Shown: positions 13,991 to 28,460 of the stretch, in pieces
Layout of the letters: each line of letters begins with the position of its first letter
Position numbering within the stretch: the stretch's first letter is position 1
DNA from: the human T2T-CHM13v2.0 reference genome, Homo sapiens
NCBI RefSeq assembly: GCF_009914755.1
Contig: NC_060925.1
Length of the DNA stretch: 64,000 bases
Direction: 5' to 3' (one strand)
Program-made: the position numbers and the translations under genes
The notes under the pieces: generated by a model
What the model was told of the DNA's origin: nothing
Databases searched by the model: none
Seen by the model: only the letters and a program-made list of their open reading frames with translations

Positions 13991-14504
13991 GAAGGGCAAG
14001 GGTCTGCCCCAGCTCCCTTTGCCACCTGGTATGGACCTTTCCTCTGAGTGGGTACACCACACCCCCTTTCCCTTGGGGAGGAGGCCCCTGGGGACCTGCT
14101 GCATGGCCTGCCAGCTGGTATCATTATCCCCCCTGAGGGCAGCACCATTGGTAACAGTTGGCTCCCTGGGGCAGGAGGGCCACCGTTTCCCAGACAATGT
14201 TTACTTCCTGCTACCATGGCCAAGAGAACTCTGCTAAGTCTATGGGTTTTGGGCCCCTCTACTTAGAGGCCTGAGGGCACTGTGGTTCCCCAGCGTCAGC
14301 AGAAAGGTACCCAGTCAGTCTTTGGGCAAAGGCCAGGAGAGTTTTTTGTCCTTGGGCAAAGGCCAAGAAAGTTTTCTCCAGTAAGGATGACTCCTTCCTC
14401 AGTAGCTGTCTTGCCTTTGGCAAATGGCTTTCTCCTGTCATTGGGTCATCAGCCTGAGCTGTACCAGATGCTTAACAAATACCATCTTCATCTCACACCC
14501 TCTA

Positions 14505-14992
14505 GCCCAGTGCCAACAGGAGAGCTTCGTGCAGTCATGGCAGCGGTCTGGATCTGCACTGTCCGGTACCCTAGCTCCTAGCCACGTGGGTGCACGTGAA
14601 ATGTGGCTAGAGAAACTGAGTTTTTCATTTTAATTAATTTATACGTAAGATAGTCACCTGTGGCCAGGCCCAGTGGCTCACACCTGTAATCCCAGCACTT
14701 TGGGAGACTGAGGCGGGCAGATCATAAGGTCAGGAGATTGAGACCATCCTGGCTAACACGGTGAAACTCCATCTCTACTAAAAATAGAAAAAATTAGCTG
14801 GGCGTGGTGGCAGGCGCCTGTAGTCCCAGCTACTCGGGAGGCTGAGGCCGGAACCCAGGACCCAGGAGGCAGAGCTTGCAGTGAGCCAAGATCGCGCCAC
14901 TGTACTCCAGCCTGGGCGACAGCACGAGACTCCATCTCAAAAAAGAAAAGATAGTCACCTGTGCCTAGCAGGTACCATACTAAGCAGTGCAG
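14505..14992. mobile_element. MER3-like hAT-Charlie element interrupted by an Alu
   Basis: tagccacgtgg...tgaaatgtggctag...aactgag...ttaattaattt resembles the MER3 consensus. Confidence 0.7.
14662..14947 (+). mobile_element. AluY with small internal rearrangement in the right arm
   Basis: gagaccatcctggctaacacgg and gagcttgcag diagnostics; TSD aagatagtcacctgtg. Confidence 0.93.
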
Positions 14993-15894
14993 CTATAGAC
15001 CCTGCCCATGAGGGGAGAAACACAAAATCGGTAGCATTCATCTAGACTCATAAAGAGTGGGTCCCTCTAAGGGAACCCATGTTGTGAAGGCCCAGAGAGA
15101 GACAGTGACCGGCCCAAGGTCACACAGCAACGTAATCTTTCCTCTGAGAAAGAAACACAAGTCTTCCAACGGCAGCTTCTTTATTGTTTCTTCAGAAATG
15201 TGGTTGGTCCCGTCAGTGCAGAGGGGAAGGTGAGTTGTGGACACAGTGCTCAGTGTGCCAGGCACATGTAAGCGCTTTACGCATGTCTTATTTATTCCCA
15301 TCTCCCCCGTTTTACAGGTGAGGCCACCGAGGCCCAGGGAGAAGTGCCTGCTGGTGGCCCCTGAGCTGGTGAATTGAGAGGCTGTGCTCTTGGAGCTTAG
15401 GCTGAGATTGCAGTACCAGGGCTGTCTCCACTCCTGGAAGAGTCTGGGGGATGCGAGACCTGGGCCTCCATGCCCAGCTGGGGCAGATGCAGTTAGCAAG
15501 CTCCGATAAGCCTCTCTCTTTCCATGGAGTTGTTTTTCCAGCCTGGTCTCCTAAGACTTGGCTCCTGCAGGTGCCGCACCTGGTGACCCGCCCTGGAGGC
15601 TCCCATCAACTTACTCACAGCCTGACTGGAGGGGCAGGGCTTAGGCATCAGGTACACCTGTTAGGAAGGTGCACGCAGGAAAAAATCTGCCTTTGCCACT
15701 GTTAGTCAAAGAGAAAGGCACATGGCACCCAGCTCCATCTCACTCTCTGCTCTCATCTGAGTGCAGGGTGCAGAGAAGACCCTGGCAGATGCCCTTCCTG
15801 TGCCTGCCCCGCCTCCCTCCTGTGCAGTGCTCAGGCAAAGCCTGCTCCCCTGGTTGCCCCATTTCATGGTGTCAAAATCCCCGTGAGATGAGAG

Positions 15895-16633
<739 letters not shown>

Positions 16634-16799
16634 CTACCTGTGTGACAATGGACATACTGTTAGCAGTCACTCACACCTTATTGTGAAATAGACTCTTAGT
16701 GACAGCCGAGCAGGGAAGAGGGGCCCTGGCAGGATGGTAGATTGAAGAGTATTGATCGAGAGGAGAAAATTCCAGCCTTGGCGACTGCTAGAGACAGTG

Positions 16800-17160
16800 A
16801 GCTGAGGTGGGAGCACCGAGGGGTGGTTGGGGCTGAGGCCTTTTATAATCTGACCTCTCCAGCCTTCCTCCTGTTCTTCCTCACCTGGCACCCATTTCCT
16901 GGTCACTCAAGACCCTCCAGCTTTGCAGCCGCCTTTGCTCACACCATTTCCTCCTTCCCCAGTCGCATCCTCTAGGGTCCATCTGGAATGCCGCCAACTT
17001 CTCAAGGGTGTCCGAGTGCTCTGAGCAGATGTGGGCCCTTCCGTGTTCTGTTTCTTCGTGTGTGCGTCTATTTGCTGGAGGCTTCTTGAGGCCAGGAGTC
17101 TTTCCTTCTCTCTCCTGGCCTGGAATGTAGGTGGGCCCCAAATGTTTACCCGGAATGAGA
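16800..17160 (+). mobile_element. L2 fragment(s)
   Basis: gcctttgctcacaccatttcctcc...cttcttgaggccaggagtc...gtaggtgggccccaaatgttta. Confidence 0.6.
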
Positions 17161-18267
17161 GCAGGGGCATGGCCCCAAAAGCAAACCTCCTACTTAGGAG
17201 TTTTGCTAAGAGACTTGCTGCCTCCATGGCATATGAGATTTGGGGATCCTTTGACCGTGGGGTTCAGGAGCACTAGCCTGAGAGTGGGGCCTGTCTGGGG
17301 CATTCACCCCAGTGCCCCCGTGCCTAGAGCCGTGCATGGTATGAGGCAGGGGCCTCTCCATGTTGGGTGGATGGAGCCATTCGACAGACGTTACCGAGTG
17401 CCCGTGATGTGTCGCGCAGTCACTGTTTCCAGCGCTGAAGACCCAACAGTGAAGGAGACGAGGCAGGATATGCGATTGGGCCCCGCTCTCGGATCCTGTG
17501 TCCACCAAGCACGCCGCTGGGGAGCGAGTGAGCCTCCACGTCACTACGGGGTTTTGTCCGGGTTGCCTGCCGTGCTGTTGACGCTGGACAGGAGCGGAGC
17601 CGTTTTAGGTCTCTTGAGGCTGTGACAGTGAGGCTGAGACAGGCTGATGGGAAGGAAATCATGAAGAGGGGAGACGAGCTCCCAGGCAGGTCACAGCTCT
17701 GCGGAGGCCCTGAGGTGTGGCGAGTCTAGCGCCTTCCAGAACTGAGAGAAGCTGGCATCCTGAAGGAGGCCTCAGACAGGGCCAAAGAGGCAGCTAATAT
17801 GCTAGGTGGGGCGGGGAGGCTGTCGGCACCGAGTGAGATGTGCCTTGCACCTCAGAGGCGCCCTCGGGCTTCTGTGGGGAGGAAGGACTCGGGTTAGGAG
17901 GAGCTGGGAGGGCAGGGAGGTGCCCTGGGAGGCCTCCTCTCCTTACAGGGGTGGCTGGGCCCATTGTGGCCTCAGGAAGTGATGTGAGATGGATGAGGGA
18001 ACAGGGGCTGGAGTTGCCACCACCTTTTCCCAAGGCCGCTGGTGGGAGAGAGGCGCCCCATCCTCAGGGCTCAGCCCTGCTCCCCCTCTGCCTGCTCCCT
18101 CCCCTGGACCTGGCTCTGCCCGCTCAGCCTCGAGGCCAGTGGATCCCTAGTAGTCCAGAGGGTTGTAGTGCCTTAGAGATTGCCAGCAGGCACTGATGGT
18201 GAGGGTAGGGCATCTAGGAAAGGGCAGTGCATTACCAATATTGGACCTTCTCTGTGTACATGGCATT

Positions 18268-18466
18268 CACGGAGCACATCTTGCATAGGTACATGGAGCA
18301 TTTCCTGTGTATGTGGAGCACTTCCTATGTATACAGGGCACTTCTTGGGTACATGGAGCACTTCCTATGTACACAAGGCACTTCCTGGGTACATGGAGCA
18401 CTTCTTATATACATGGAGCACTTCCTGTGTACATGGAGCACTTCCTTTATGAGGAGGGGCACTTCC
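18268..18466. repeat. 20-bp minisatellite (consensus ACATGGAGCACTTCCTRTGT), 8 clear units plus degenerate ends
   Basis: Units start at 18291, 18311, 18331, 18351, 18371, 18391, 18411, 18431. Confidence 0.92.
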
Positions 18467-18859
18467 AATGCCTCCGAGGAGCCTCACAGCCAATGAGGGT
18501 TAGACCCGTTTAACAGATGCAGTGTCCGAGGCTCAGCAGGGTGGGACAGCCACCACATGCCTGGCCGGAGACCTGGTGACTCCAAAGCTGTGCCCCCAGC
18601 CACGCCCCTTCCATGACCCTCGGGGGCGAGGACTGTGCACCAGACCTCCAGGGAATACACATCCCCTTTTACCAGCAGGGACGCTCCTGGCTCTACCTGC
18701 ATGTGTCCGGTCTAGCCAGGGCTGCCCTTGGCCCCTCCCCTGGTCCCTCTGTGATCTGGAATGGAGGGAAGGGGAAGGCAGTGTGGGGAGGGGAGGGGAG
18801 GAGTCCGTGCAGAGGGTGGGACGGCCAGGTGGCCAGCGCAAGGCTGGTGAGTGCGGCGC

Positions 18860-19400
18860 CTTCGTCTGTTCATTCTCGAGGGCAGCCAGGTGCCAGGTGC
18901 TGTTCTAGGCATGAGGATGCGGCCATGGACAAAACAGACTCAAGTTCCCGCCCTCCTGGGCCTTACAGCCAGCCTGTGGATAAACAGATCCATAGGGCAT
19001 GACAGGCGCTGATGAGTGCTGCGGAGAAAGAGCAAAGAGGAAGGAGGCCGGGGTGCAGGGAGGCGGGGCAGAGTGTGTGCTGAGCTTCCGCCATAGCAGT
19101 GATGGACACAGACAGCCCTGCACCCCCACCCGCCCCTAGAGCCAACATTGAGTTTGGGAAAGAGACAGATAAATACAGCATCACACAGGGCGGTGAGAGA
19201 AGACCCTTCCACGCAGGTGATGTGGAGTAGACGCTTGTGTCACAATGAGGAGGCAGCCACAGGAAGAACCAGGAAAGGGTGTTCAGGTGGAGGGCACTGC
19301 AGAGACAAAGGCCCTATGCTGGAAAGAGTGTGGCATATTGTAGAGAGAGGGACCAGTGTGGCTGCAGGTGGGAAGAGGGAGAGGATGTAGGCAGAGGCCT
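18860..19400 (-). mobile_element. L2 3' fragment
   Basis: ttcattc...gtgccaggtgctgttctaggc...ggagggcactgcagagacaaaggccct. Confidence 0.7.
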
Positions 19401-20099
19401 GGCCCCAGCCAGGGCTGCCCTTGTCCCCTCCCCAGGTCCCTCTGAGATGTAAAATGAAGGAAGGGGAAGGCAGTGTGCGGAGGGTGGGGGCGGCCCGGTG
19501 ACCAGCATGCGGCTGGTGAGTGTGGTACCTTTGTCTGTTTATTCTCAAGGGGACCTGCTTAATGAATATTTCAGTATGTCCTTCCACGGTCTCCTAAGTG
19601 AGGTTTCCTCCTTCTCTTAATGCACTCTCCTAAGAGTTATGCAGAGGTACACGTAGCCTGGCGCCTGTGCACAGCCTGATCACTGCCTCCAGCACCCCTT
19701 AGCAGTTCTGTTTTCACTATTGCCCAGGTGAGCTGACCTGGGCATGGGTGTGTCTATCCGCCCGCAGGACTGAGAAGCTGACAATACCTTGGTTGACACG
19801 GCTCTCACTTTGGGAGGATGGCGCACCTTCTGGGTCGCTTCCTGAGGCACCCCACAGCCTGAGGAGACACCGTGTTCTCCTTGGCCCCATTTCTGGGGCC
19901 TCACTGTATGTAGGGTTGGATTTAAGTGCTGCAGAAACCTCTGCCCACGGTGTCACCTTGTCACTGCTCATTAGACCCTATTTTCCTGCAGGACAGTCAG
20001 GTGCAAATGCACAAGTTCTGTTTGTACACAGTGCTGAGCTCCTCGAGGGTATGTGTTTTGCAAAATGTGTTGAATATGCCTTTCTATGGCTGTTTCCCA

Positions 20100-20310
20100 A
20101 GCATGAGACTGGGAGTCCAGGCTGTGGAGTCAGCCAGGCCTTGGTTCAATTCCCAGCTCTGCTATGTACTAACTTTATGACCACCTGGAGTTACTTAATC
20201 TCTCTGGGCATCGATGTCCTAATTTATAAAATGGGGTTATGATGGTCCCTGCATCTGAAGGTTTTGGTGGCTTAAATGAGATAATGCATATGAAACTCAA
20301 CTCAGCATGC
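20100..20310 (+). mobile_element. MIR
   Basis: ggagtcagccaggccttggttcaattcccagctct...tataaaatgggg...aaatgagataatgcat. Confidence 0.8.
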
Positions 20311-20603
20311 TGTTGGCTCATGGTTATGATGCTAACTCCTAAGACCGTCGGCCACCAGAGCGGACACTCTGAGTGCAGGACAGCGGCAGTGGAGTCCTCG
20401 GGAGTCGTGGTGGAGGGGTCTCACTAGGTGAGCTCTGCAGACTGTGGGTGGGGCCTAGAATTGGTGCTGAGGCTCTTTGGAATAAGGCAGTGGCCTCCCT
20501 TCACACATGTAGGAAAGGCCCTGAATGCAGAGCAAACAAAAAAGCCAAAGCCACCTCAAACCATCCCCAGAAAATGCGAGTGAGCGGCAGAGACGTTCCT
20601 GTC

Positions 20604-20630
20604 CTCTAACCCTGTGCCCTTCTCCCCTAG
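20604..20630 (+). promoter_or_regulatory. Branch point, polypyrimidine tract and 3' splice site of the KAZN exon
   Basis: ctctaaccctgtgcccttctcccctag. Confidence 0.9.
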
Positions 20631-20822
20631 TGCTCCTGCGGGAAGAAGTGTCGCGGCTCCAGGAGGAAGTTCACCTTCTCCGGCAGATGAAGGAGATGTT
20701 GGCGAAGGACCTGGAGGAGTCGCAGGGCGGCAAGTCCTCTGAGGTCCTCTCGGCCACCGAGCTCAGGGTCCAGCTGGCCCAGAAGGAGCAGGAGCTAGCC
20801 AGAGCCAAAGAAGCCTTGCAGG
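20631..20822 (+). CDS. KAZN: Internal coding exon (192 nt, phase 1-1) of kazrin, periplakin-interacting coiled-coil protein
   Basis: Translates (V)LLREEVSRLQEEVHLLRQMKEMLAKDLEESQGGKSSEVLSATELRVQLAQKEQELARAKEALQ, which I recognise as kazrin. Branch-like CTAAC at 20606-20610, pyrimidine tract and AG at 20629-20630, donor G|GTGAGT at 20823. In-frame ATGs at 20687 and 20696. Confidence 0.95.
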
Positions 20823-21744
20823 GTGAGTGACGAGTCAGCAGCAGTTCCTTCGCTGGGAGCTCAGGCCCCAGGGATCTGGAGTCCTCCCCATGCAGGGGAA
20901 GTGACGCAGATGGACACAGGGGTCTCCCAGCACCCACCTCCAGCTGTGGCTGCCCTGTCCCTTCTTCGAGTGGAATTCTGCATCTTGTGGGCTGGGTGCA
21001 GATGCCATTCCTTCCTCCAGTGTGACCATCACACATTGTCCATATGGCTGGATGTGAGGTGTCTCCTTCTGGGGTGTGAATGGTGGATGGGCATCTTGGC
21101 TGGACCAGGACGCTGACCCAGCAGCCGAGTCTCTCTTACCCAGCACCCTTGGGGTCCTTCGGTGCCTCCACTCAGGGCATAGTGTGGCTACGCTGATTTC
21201 TCTGCTGGAGGACATGTCTGTGTCCCATGCGTCCCTCTTGCTCACCATGATGGGCTCTCCTGGGCCCAGAGGAAGGAGTTGGAAGATGACATGGTGTAGT
21301 GTCCAGGGGGTCTCTTGAAGACAAGGACCACAGACCCGTAACTACCATGTGGCTGGTGTGTCTTCAGCCAGAAATTGCTTTAGGAGATGAGGAAACCAGT
21401 GTCCACATGCTCAGCCTGGTTTCCCTGGAGGGACCCACATCCCTCTCTCCCGGGAGGCACTGCCACATTCTATGGGGCTGGAAGAAGGGTCTCAGCGGGT
21501 TATTTGAGAAAGGTTGGAAGCCATCATGTAACCTGTCAGTGGACTCCACAGTGCTTGGAGAACTCAGGCATGAAACATCTGGGGAAAACACAGCCTTTGG
21601 GGTCTGCATTGATTCTCTTAAGCCCCCTCAGTGTCTTTGCTTCTTCTAGAAAAGACAATAAAGCTTTGGAACCTTCTTTCCACTTACCATTCACTAGAAC
21701 AATGAATCCTCTTTAAAAATGTTGTTTCTGAAGCTAAAGCAGGT

Positions 21745-22055
21745 TTATTAATTAGGTTAATACCATGCTGCTGTAACAAAGAGGCCCCAAAACACAGAGG
21801 CTTAAAGAATCTGTTTCTTCCTTTACCACCCCACAGTGAGCATTTGAGGCCGGTTGGGTGTATGTGTTTCCCTGAGAGACCCCAGGGAAAGAGCCAGAAT
21901 GGAGGGCCAGAGATTTGCCTTTGCAAGAGCTTGGTCATGTGACCATTCCTAGATGCAGAGGGTTCTGGGAAATGTAGTTTCTAGCTAGGTGGCCTTGTCC
22001 CAGCTAGGACTCTAACAGGGTAAAAGAGAGAATGGATTTTGCTGGACAGTTAATC
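21745..22055 (-). mobile_element. MaLR LTR (MLT1J-like), internally deleted
   Basis: gctgctgtaacaaa...ctgggaaatgtagtttctagct...gagaatggat. Confidence 0.6.
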
Positions 22056-23559
22056 GGCTCAGTCAGAGCCAATTCCCTGACAAGGGGTGTGATGTGGGCA
22101 GCAGGCCAAGAAGGCTATCTGTCCAGTGCCCAGCTGACTATCCCCCAGAAAGCCTGGGAAGTCCTCAGCTGAGGGTGAGCCCGTATCCAGAGTGTCACAG
22201 CACTCTTGACAAGTGTTCTTTTCAGCAGTACATGTTGCTTTCCAAGGCAGGTAGATGACCCTCTTCTTCTGGGGTCTTGTTTCTGGTGGGGTCACGGCGG
22301 CAGCATTTTGGGTGGTCTTTTGAAGCTGTAATAGACATTGGGGTGCATTGTGGCCCAGCTGACATGGCATGCCTGGGAAGTCATTTTGCCAAGTAGGCGT
22401 ACTTTTCCTCTATGCAGCCACCCGGCAGTCTAGGCAGATCTGTGTGAGCCATCCTCCACGCCCAGCTTCCCAGGATCCTGTAATATCCATTCTCCTTCTC
22501 AGGATGGAGACCCAAGTCTCGGGAATCTCCCACAAGCAAGTGCTGCTGGGCTCAGGCTGTGCAAGCTGTTGTCGTTTGGTCTTGCCAAGCTTTATCATGT
22601 AGTGGAGAGTAGGGACTGGCTCAGGAAGCAGCCAGATGCTGTTCAATCACCTTTCCCATTCTGTGTCCCAGGGACAGAGACGCCAACCTCCACGTCTTTG
22701 ACCAGGTACAGGATTCTCACCCCTATGTGCTCTTCTGGATCTGCAAGGAGGAGAAAAACCTCCCTTAGTGGTTCCTGGGCCTACAGGGATGGCGGCGGCA
22801 GGAGTTAAGCAGAGGCTCACTTACACTACCATCCCCAGCTCCTTGGAGGCTACAACCTAGCCTCTTTAAACCTACAATCTAGGATGTACAACCTAGCCTC
22901 TCCATTCCTGATCTGAGTGATTGGACATTAACAGTGGCTTTGCAGGAGGTTGTGAGAATGAAACGAGGTAATGTCTGGAAAGGTGATAGTTAGTTCCTGC
23001 TGTTGTCATAATGTACATCCTCCTCCCTTTAGCCCACAAGGCACAGAGCTGTACAGGCAATCTTTACTAACTCTGTGCTGTAAGATTTCTTATCCACCAC
23101 CAAAGATCTTTGGCCTTGCCCAGGGACGCAGAGATCCACCCCTTTGTAGGAGTATTAATATAAGCAACAAGGACTTGTCAGTATTCTTGAAAAGGAAGCT
23201 TTATTGAGCACCTACTGGGTGCCAACACTCTTCTAAGTACGTGACTTACCATTCACCTCAATCCTGCCAGGAGCTAGAAACCCCATTTCTCAGGTGGAGA
23301 CACCTGAATGAGGTTCAGGGAAAGTAAATAACTTGACCAGGGTGGCAGAGCTAATTAGCAGAAGCAGAGACTTTTTCCCACTGCACAGACACGCCTCATC
23401 TTCCCTCTGGGTATGGTCGCAGGGAAGGAAGTTGGCCCAGATGCCAGAGACAGAAGCCATTCTTACTTCAGTGGCGGTGACAGCAGACTCAAGTCAGATC
23501 TGGGGGCTTGAATCCCACCTCTACCATTTATTGGCTATGTGAGCTTGGATGCATTTTTT

Positions 23560-24134
23560 TGTTGTTGTTGTTGTTTACTTTTTTATTTTCCTCTAAGTTC
23601 TGGGTTACATGTGCAGAACGTGCAGGTTTGTTGCATAGGTATATGTGTGCCATGGTGGTTTGCTGCACCTGTCAACTCGTCATCTAGGTTTTAATTAGAT
23701 ATTTGTCCTAATGCTGTCCCTCCCCTTGCCCCCTACTGCCCAACAGGCCCCAGTGTGTGATGTTCCCCCTCCCTGCGTCTACATGTTCTCATTGTTTGAC
23801 TCCCACTTATGAGTGAGAACGTGTGGTGTTTGGTTTTCTGTTCCTGTGTTAGTTTGCTGAGAATGATGGTTTCTAGCTTCACCCATGTCCCTGCAAAGGA
23901 CATGAACTAATTCTTTTTTATGGTTGCATAGTATTCCATGTTGTATATGTACCACATTTTCTTTATCCAGTCTGTCATTGATAGGCATTTGGGTTGGTTC
24001 CAAGTCTTTGCTATTGTAAATAGTGCTGCAGTAAACATACGTGTACATGTGTCTCTATAGTAGAATGATTTATAATCCTTTGGGTATGTGCCCAGTAATG
24101 GGATTCCTGGGTCAAATGGTATTTCTGGTTCTAG
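23560..24134 (-). mobile_element. 5'-truncated primate L1 (L1PA) 3' end, inserted in a MIR
   Basis: L1 3'UTR (acatgtgcagaacgtgcaggtttgtt...) and ORF2 C-terminal peptide TCTRMFTAALFTIAKTWNQPKC; TSD agcttggat(g/a)catt at 23542 and 24135. Confidence 0.93.
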
Positions 24135-24975
24135 AGCTTGGATACATTCTTTAACCTCCCTGCCCCATGATTCCTTTGCTGAGGGTAATAGTAACAATGC
24201 CTGTTTTTCTTATAATTGGGACTAATAAACAGTAGCTACTTCATAGGATTGTTGTGAAGATTGAGGTGTAAAGTGCATGGCCTGGTGTGTAGTACCATTA
24301 GTGCCAATACTGAGATCTGCTTGGAGATGTTGCTTGTCTGATTCTCATGAGGGGTGGCCCAGACCTGAGACCACCCCTTGAGCCCATCCAAGCTCAAGGT
24401 AGCGGCATTCCTGAAAGGCAGTGAGTTGGCACCTTCAGCCACCACGAGCATCCTGCCTGGAATTCTACAAAGTCATAAATAAGATGCTTCACCAGCCACA
24501 GCACATGGTGAGTAAATTGCAGACAGATGCGGGCAGAAGGAGTCCAGGGCATGGAAAGGGATTTATATGCCCATAATGAGGAGAGGGGGAATAAACGCAC
24601 AAGCCGAGCAAGCAGCAGATGTTGGGCGACGCTTGTTAACATCCAGTGTCCCTAATGTGGGAAAAAGCAGAGCCCCCAAAGACTTGCCCCCTGGCAGATT
24701 CTCTCTCCAACTAACTGCCCCACCGTCTTTGTGTTTGAATGAGACCCGAAATTTCTAGCATGTGAGAGGAACAGGAACTCAAGCAGGCACCCAAAACATC
24801 AGTCTGCGGTTACAACACAAAAGCAATGGAAAGAATCTTGTTTGGGAAAAACGGGGGCTTAGAAGATTCCTTTGTTTCTTTGGAAATGAGTGTGGGAATA
24901 TTTGGTTTTGAATTTTGGTCTCATCATGAGCTTAAAGGCAGAAGCCTGAATGATTGTTTAAGACATATATATATA

Positions 24976-25265
<290 letters not shown>

Positions 25266-25489
25266 TCATCAATGGTATCATCTTATGTATAAACTGCATG
25301 AGCCCTGCCCAGCACATGTGGTAAGCGTGTAGCCTGGGGGACCCCTTTGGGGTGTCTGTTGATTTCCTCAGGCCTCCTCAATTTCATGATTTCTCCGCGA
25401 ATCAAGGCAGCACAGAAACAATGATAGTGAAAATTTGCTTCATTCCTTTTTAAATCTCTTAACAGCATGTCAGGTGTTTTGAGCGTGTT

Positions 25490-25700
25490 CCCACAACAAT
25501 AAATACTCTTTGAAAACATAATTTTTAATGACTACATAATGTTCTGCCAAATGGAGATACCATAATTTATTTAGCCGTTTCCCTATTATTAGACACTTAA
25601 GTTGTTTCCACTTTTTTTCTCTCTCTGTCTTTTGTTTGTTTGTTTGCCATTATATAACACTGTCTTAAAGATCTGTGTATGTAAATCTGTTTATTTTCAT
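25490..25700 (-). mobile_element. Old L1M fragment
   Basis: ccataatttatttagcc...gacacttaagttgtttcca. Confidence 0.6.
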
Positions 25701-25702
25701 AA

Positions 25703-26916
<1,214 letters not shown>

Positions 26917-27387
26917 CCGCATATGTATTACTGGCGGAAAATGGCTTGAACAAAGGCTAGAAGACTAGTCTGCACATGGAGGTGGGAAGGGACACCTGAT
27001 GTTGAGGCTTTGATGCAGGCAGATGATGGGCGATGGTCACGGTGAACTCGAGGGTCACACCAGAAGCTCAGGGACCTTGGAGCTTTTCAGCAGGAGTCAC
27101 TATGTGAAGTGTGGTGTTTTAGGATGTCCCCATTTTCGTTTCCCTCCCTCTCCCTCCCTTTGCAGCCTGGTCACTGTCCTTCTGGCACATGGTGGTGTGG
27201 TTACATCTGTGTGGCTCCTGGATGTGCCTATGGTATCACCTCCCTTCTGTCCCCTCAAGGTCTCTGCATTTGTACTTTACTCTCCCCCAGCCTCCAGATG
27301 GTCACTCTTCCGCCTGCTTCAGGTTCAGTCTCCGCATCCTCTAGGCAGCTTTCTGGACCAGCTTCCCTGTCCGATGGGCTCAGGGCC

Positions 27388-28460
27388 TGTTTTTGGCAGA
27401 ATAATGATGTCCCCCTCTCCCAAAGATGTCCCCAGCCTAATTCCTGGGACTTGTGAATGAGTTAGGTCACACGGCAAAGGGGAACGAAGCTTGCCAATCG
27501 GATATCCCTGGGATGAGTCTCCGGTGGGCCCAGTGGATCACAAGGGCCCTTGAAAGTAGAAGGGGAGGCACAAGAGAGAGTCAGAGGAGATGTGACCGGA
27601 GGAGCAGAGGCCAGAGGGATTCAATGTGGGGCCTTGACACACCGTTGCTGGCTTTGAAGACACAGGAAGGGGCTGCAAGCCAAGGAGTGCAGGCGACCTC
27701 TAGAAGCTGGGAAAGACAAGGAAACAGGCTTTCCCCAGAGCCTCCAGAAGAAAGGCAGTCCTGCCAACACCAGGGTTTTAGCCCGGTAACACCCATTTTA
27801 GACCTTTGACCTCCAGAACTACTATAAGAACATTCATTTGTATTAAATTAATTTGTATTATGTTAGGCCAGCAGTCCCCAACCTTTTAGGCACCAGGGAC
27901 CGGTTTCATGGAAGACAGTTTTTCCACGGACCAGGTGTCCGGGGTTGGGGGATGGTTTTGGGATGATTCCAGGGCATTACATGCACTACATTTCTTGTGC
28001 ACTAAATTTCTATTATTATTACATTGTAATATATAGTGAAATAATTATACAATTCACCCTAATGTAGAATCAGTGGGAGACCTGAGCTTGTTTTCCTGCA
28101 ACTAGATGGTCCCATCTAGGGGTGACGGGAGACAGTGACAGATCATCAGGCATTAGATTCTAATAAGGAGCACGCAACCTGGATCCCTCACATGCGCAGT
28201 TCACAAGAGGGTTCGTGCTCCTATGAGAGTCTAATGCCATCGCTGCTGATCAGACAGGAGGTGGAGCTCCGGCGGTAATGTGAGTGATGGGGAGCAGCTG
28301 TAAATACAGATGAAACTTCGCTCGCTCGCCCCTCACCTCCTGCTGTGCAGCCTGCTTCCTAAGAGGCCAGGGACCAGTACCAGTCCATGGCCTGGGGCTT
28401 GGGGACCCCGTGTGAAGCCACTGCATTGTGTCACTTTGTTACAACAAGAATGGGAAACGA
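27388..28460 (+). mobile_element. MLT1 (D/E-like) solo LTR interrupted by MER1A
   Basis: cagaataatg...caaagatgtcc...cccagagcctccagaa...gacctccagaactactataag; resumes at aagccactg...tttgttacaaca. Confidence 0.8.
27869..28410. mobile_element. MER1A hAT-Charlie element
   Basis: gtccccaaccttttaggcaccagggaccggtttcatggaagac...ttggggacccc termini. Confidence 0.88.

Noticed and set aside
18291-18450. CRISPR-like appearance of regularly spaced repeats
   Set aside because: Units are contiguous with no unique spacers, no cas genes, eukaryotic context; it is a minisatellite.
20525-20630. In-frame N-terminal extension of the KAZN exon from ATG 20525
   Set aside because: Runs through the branch point and pyrimidine tract; best explained as intron that happens to be open.
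23907-24197. ORF with L1 ORF2 C-terminal similarity
   Set aside because: Part of a truncated L1 remnant, not a gene.
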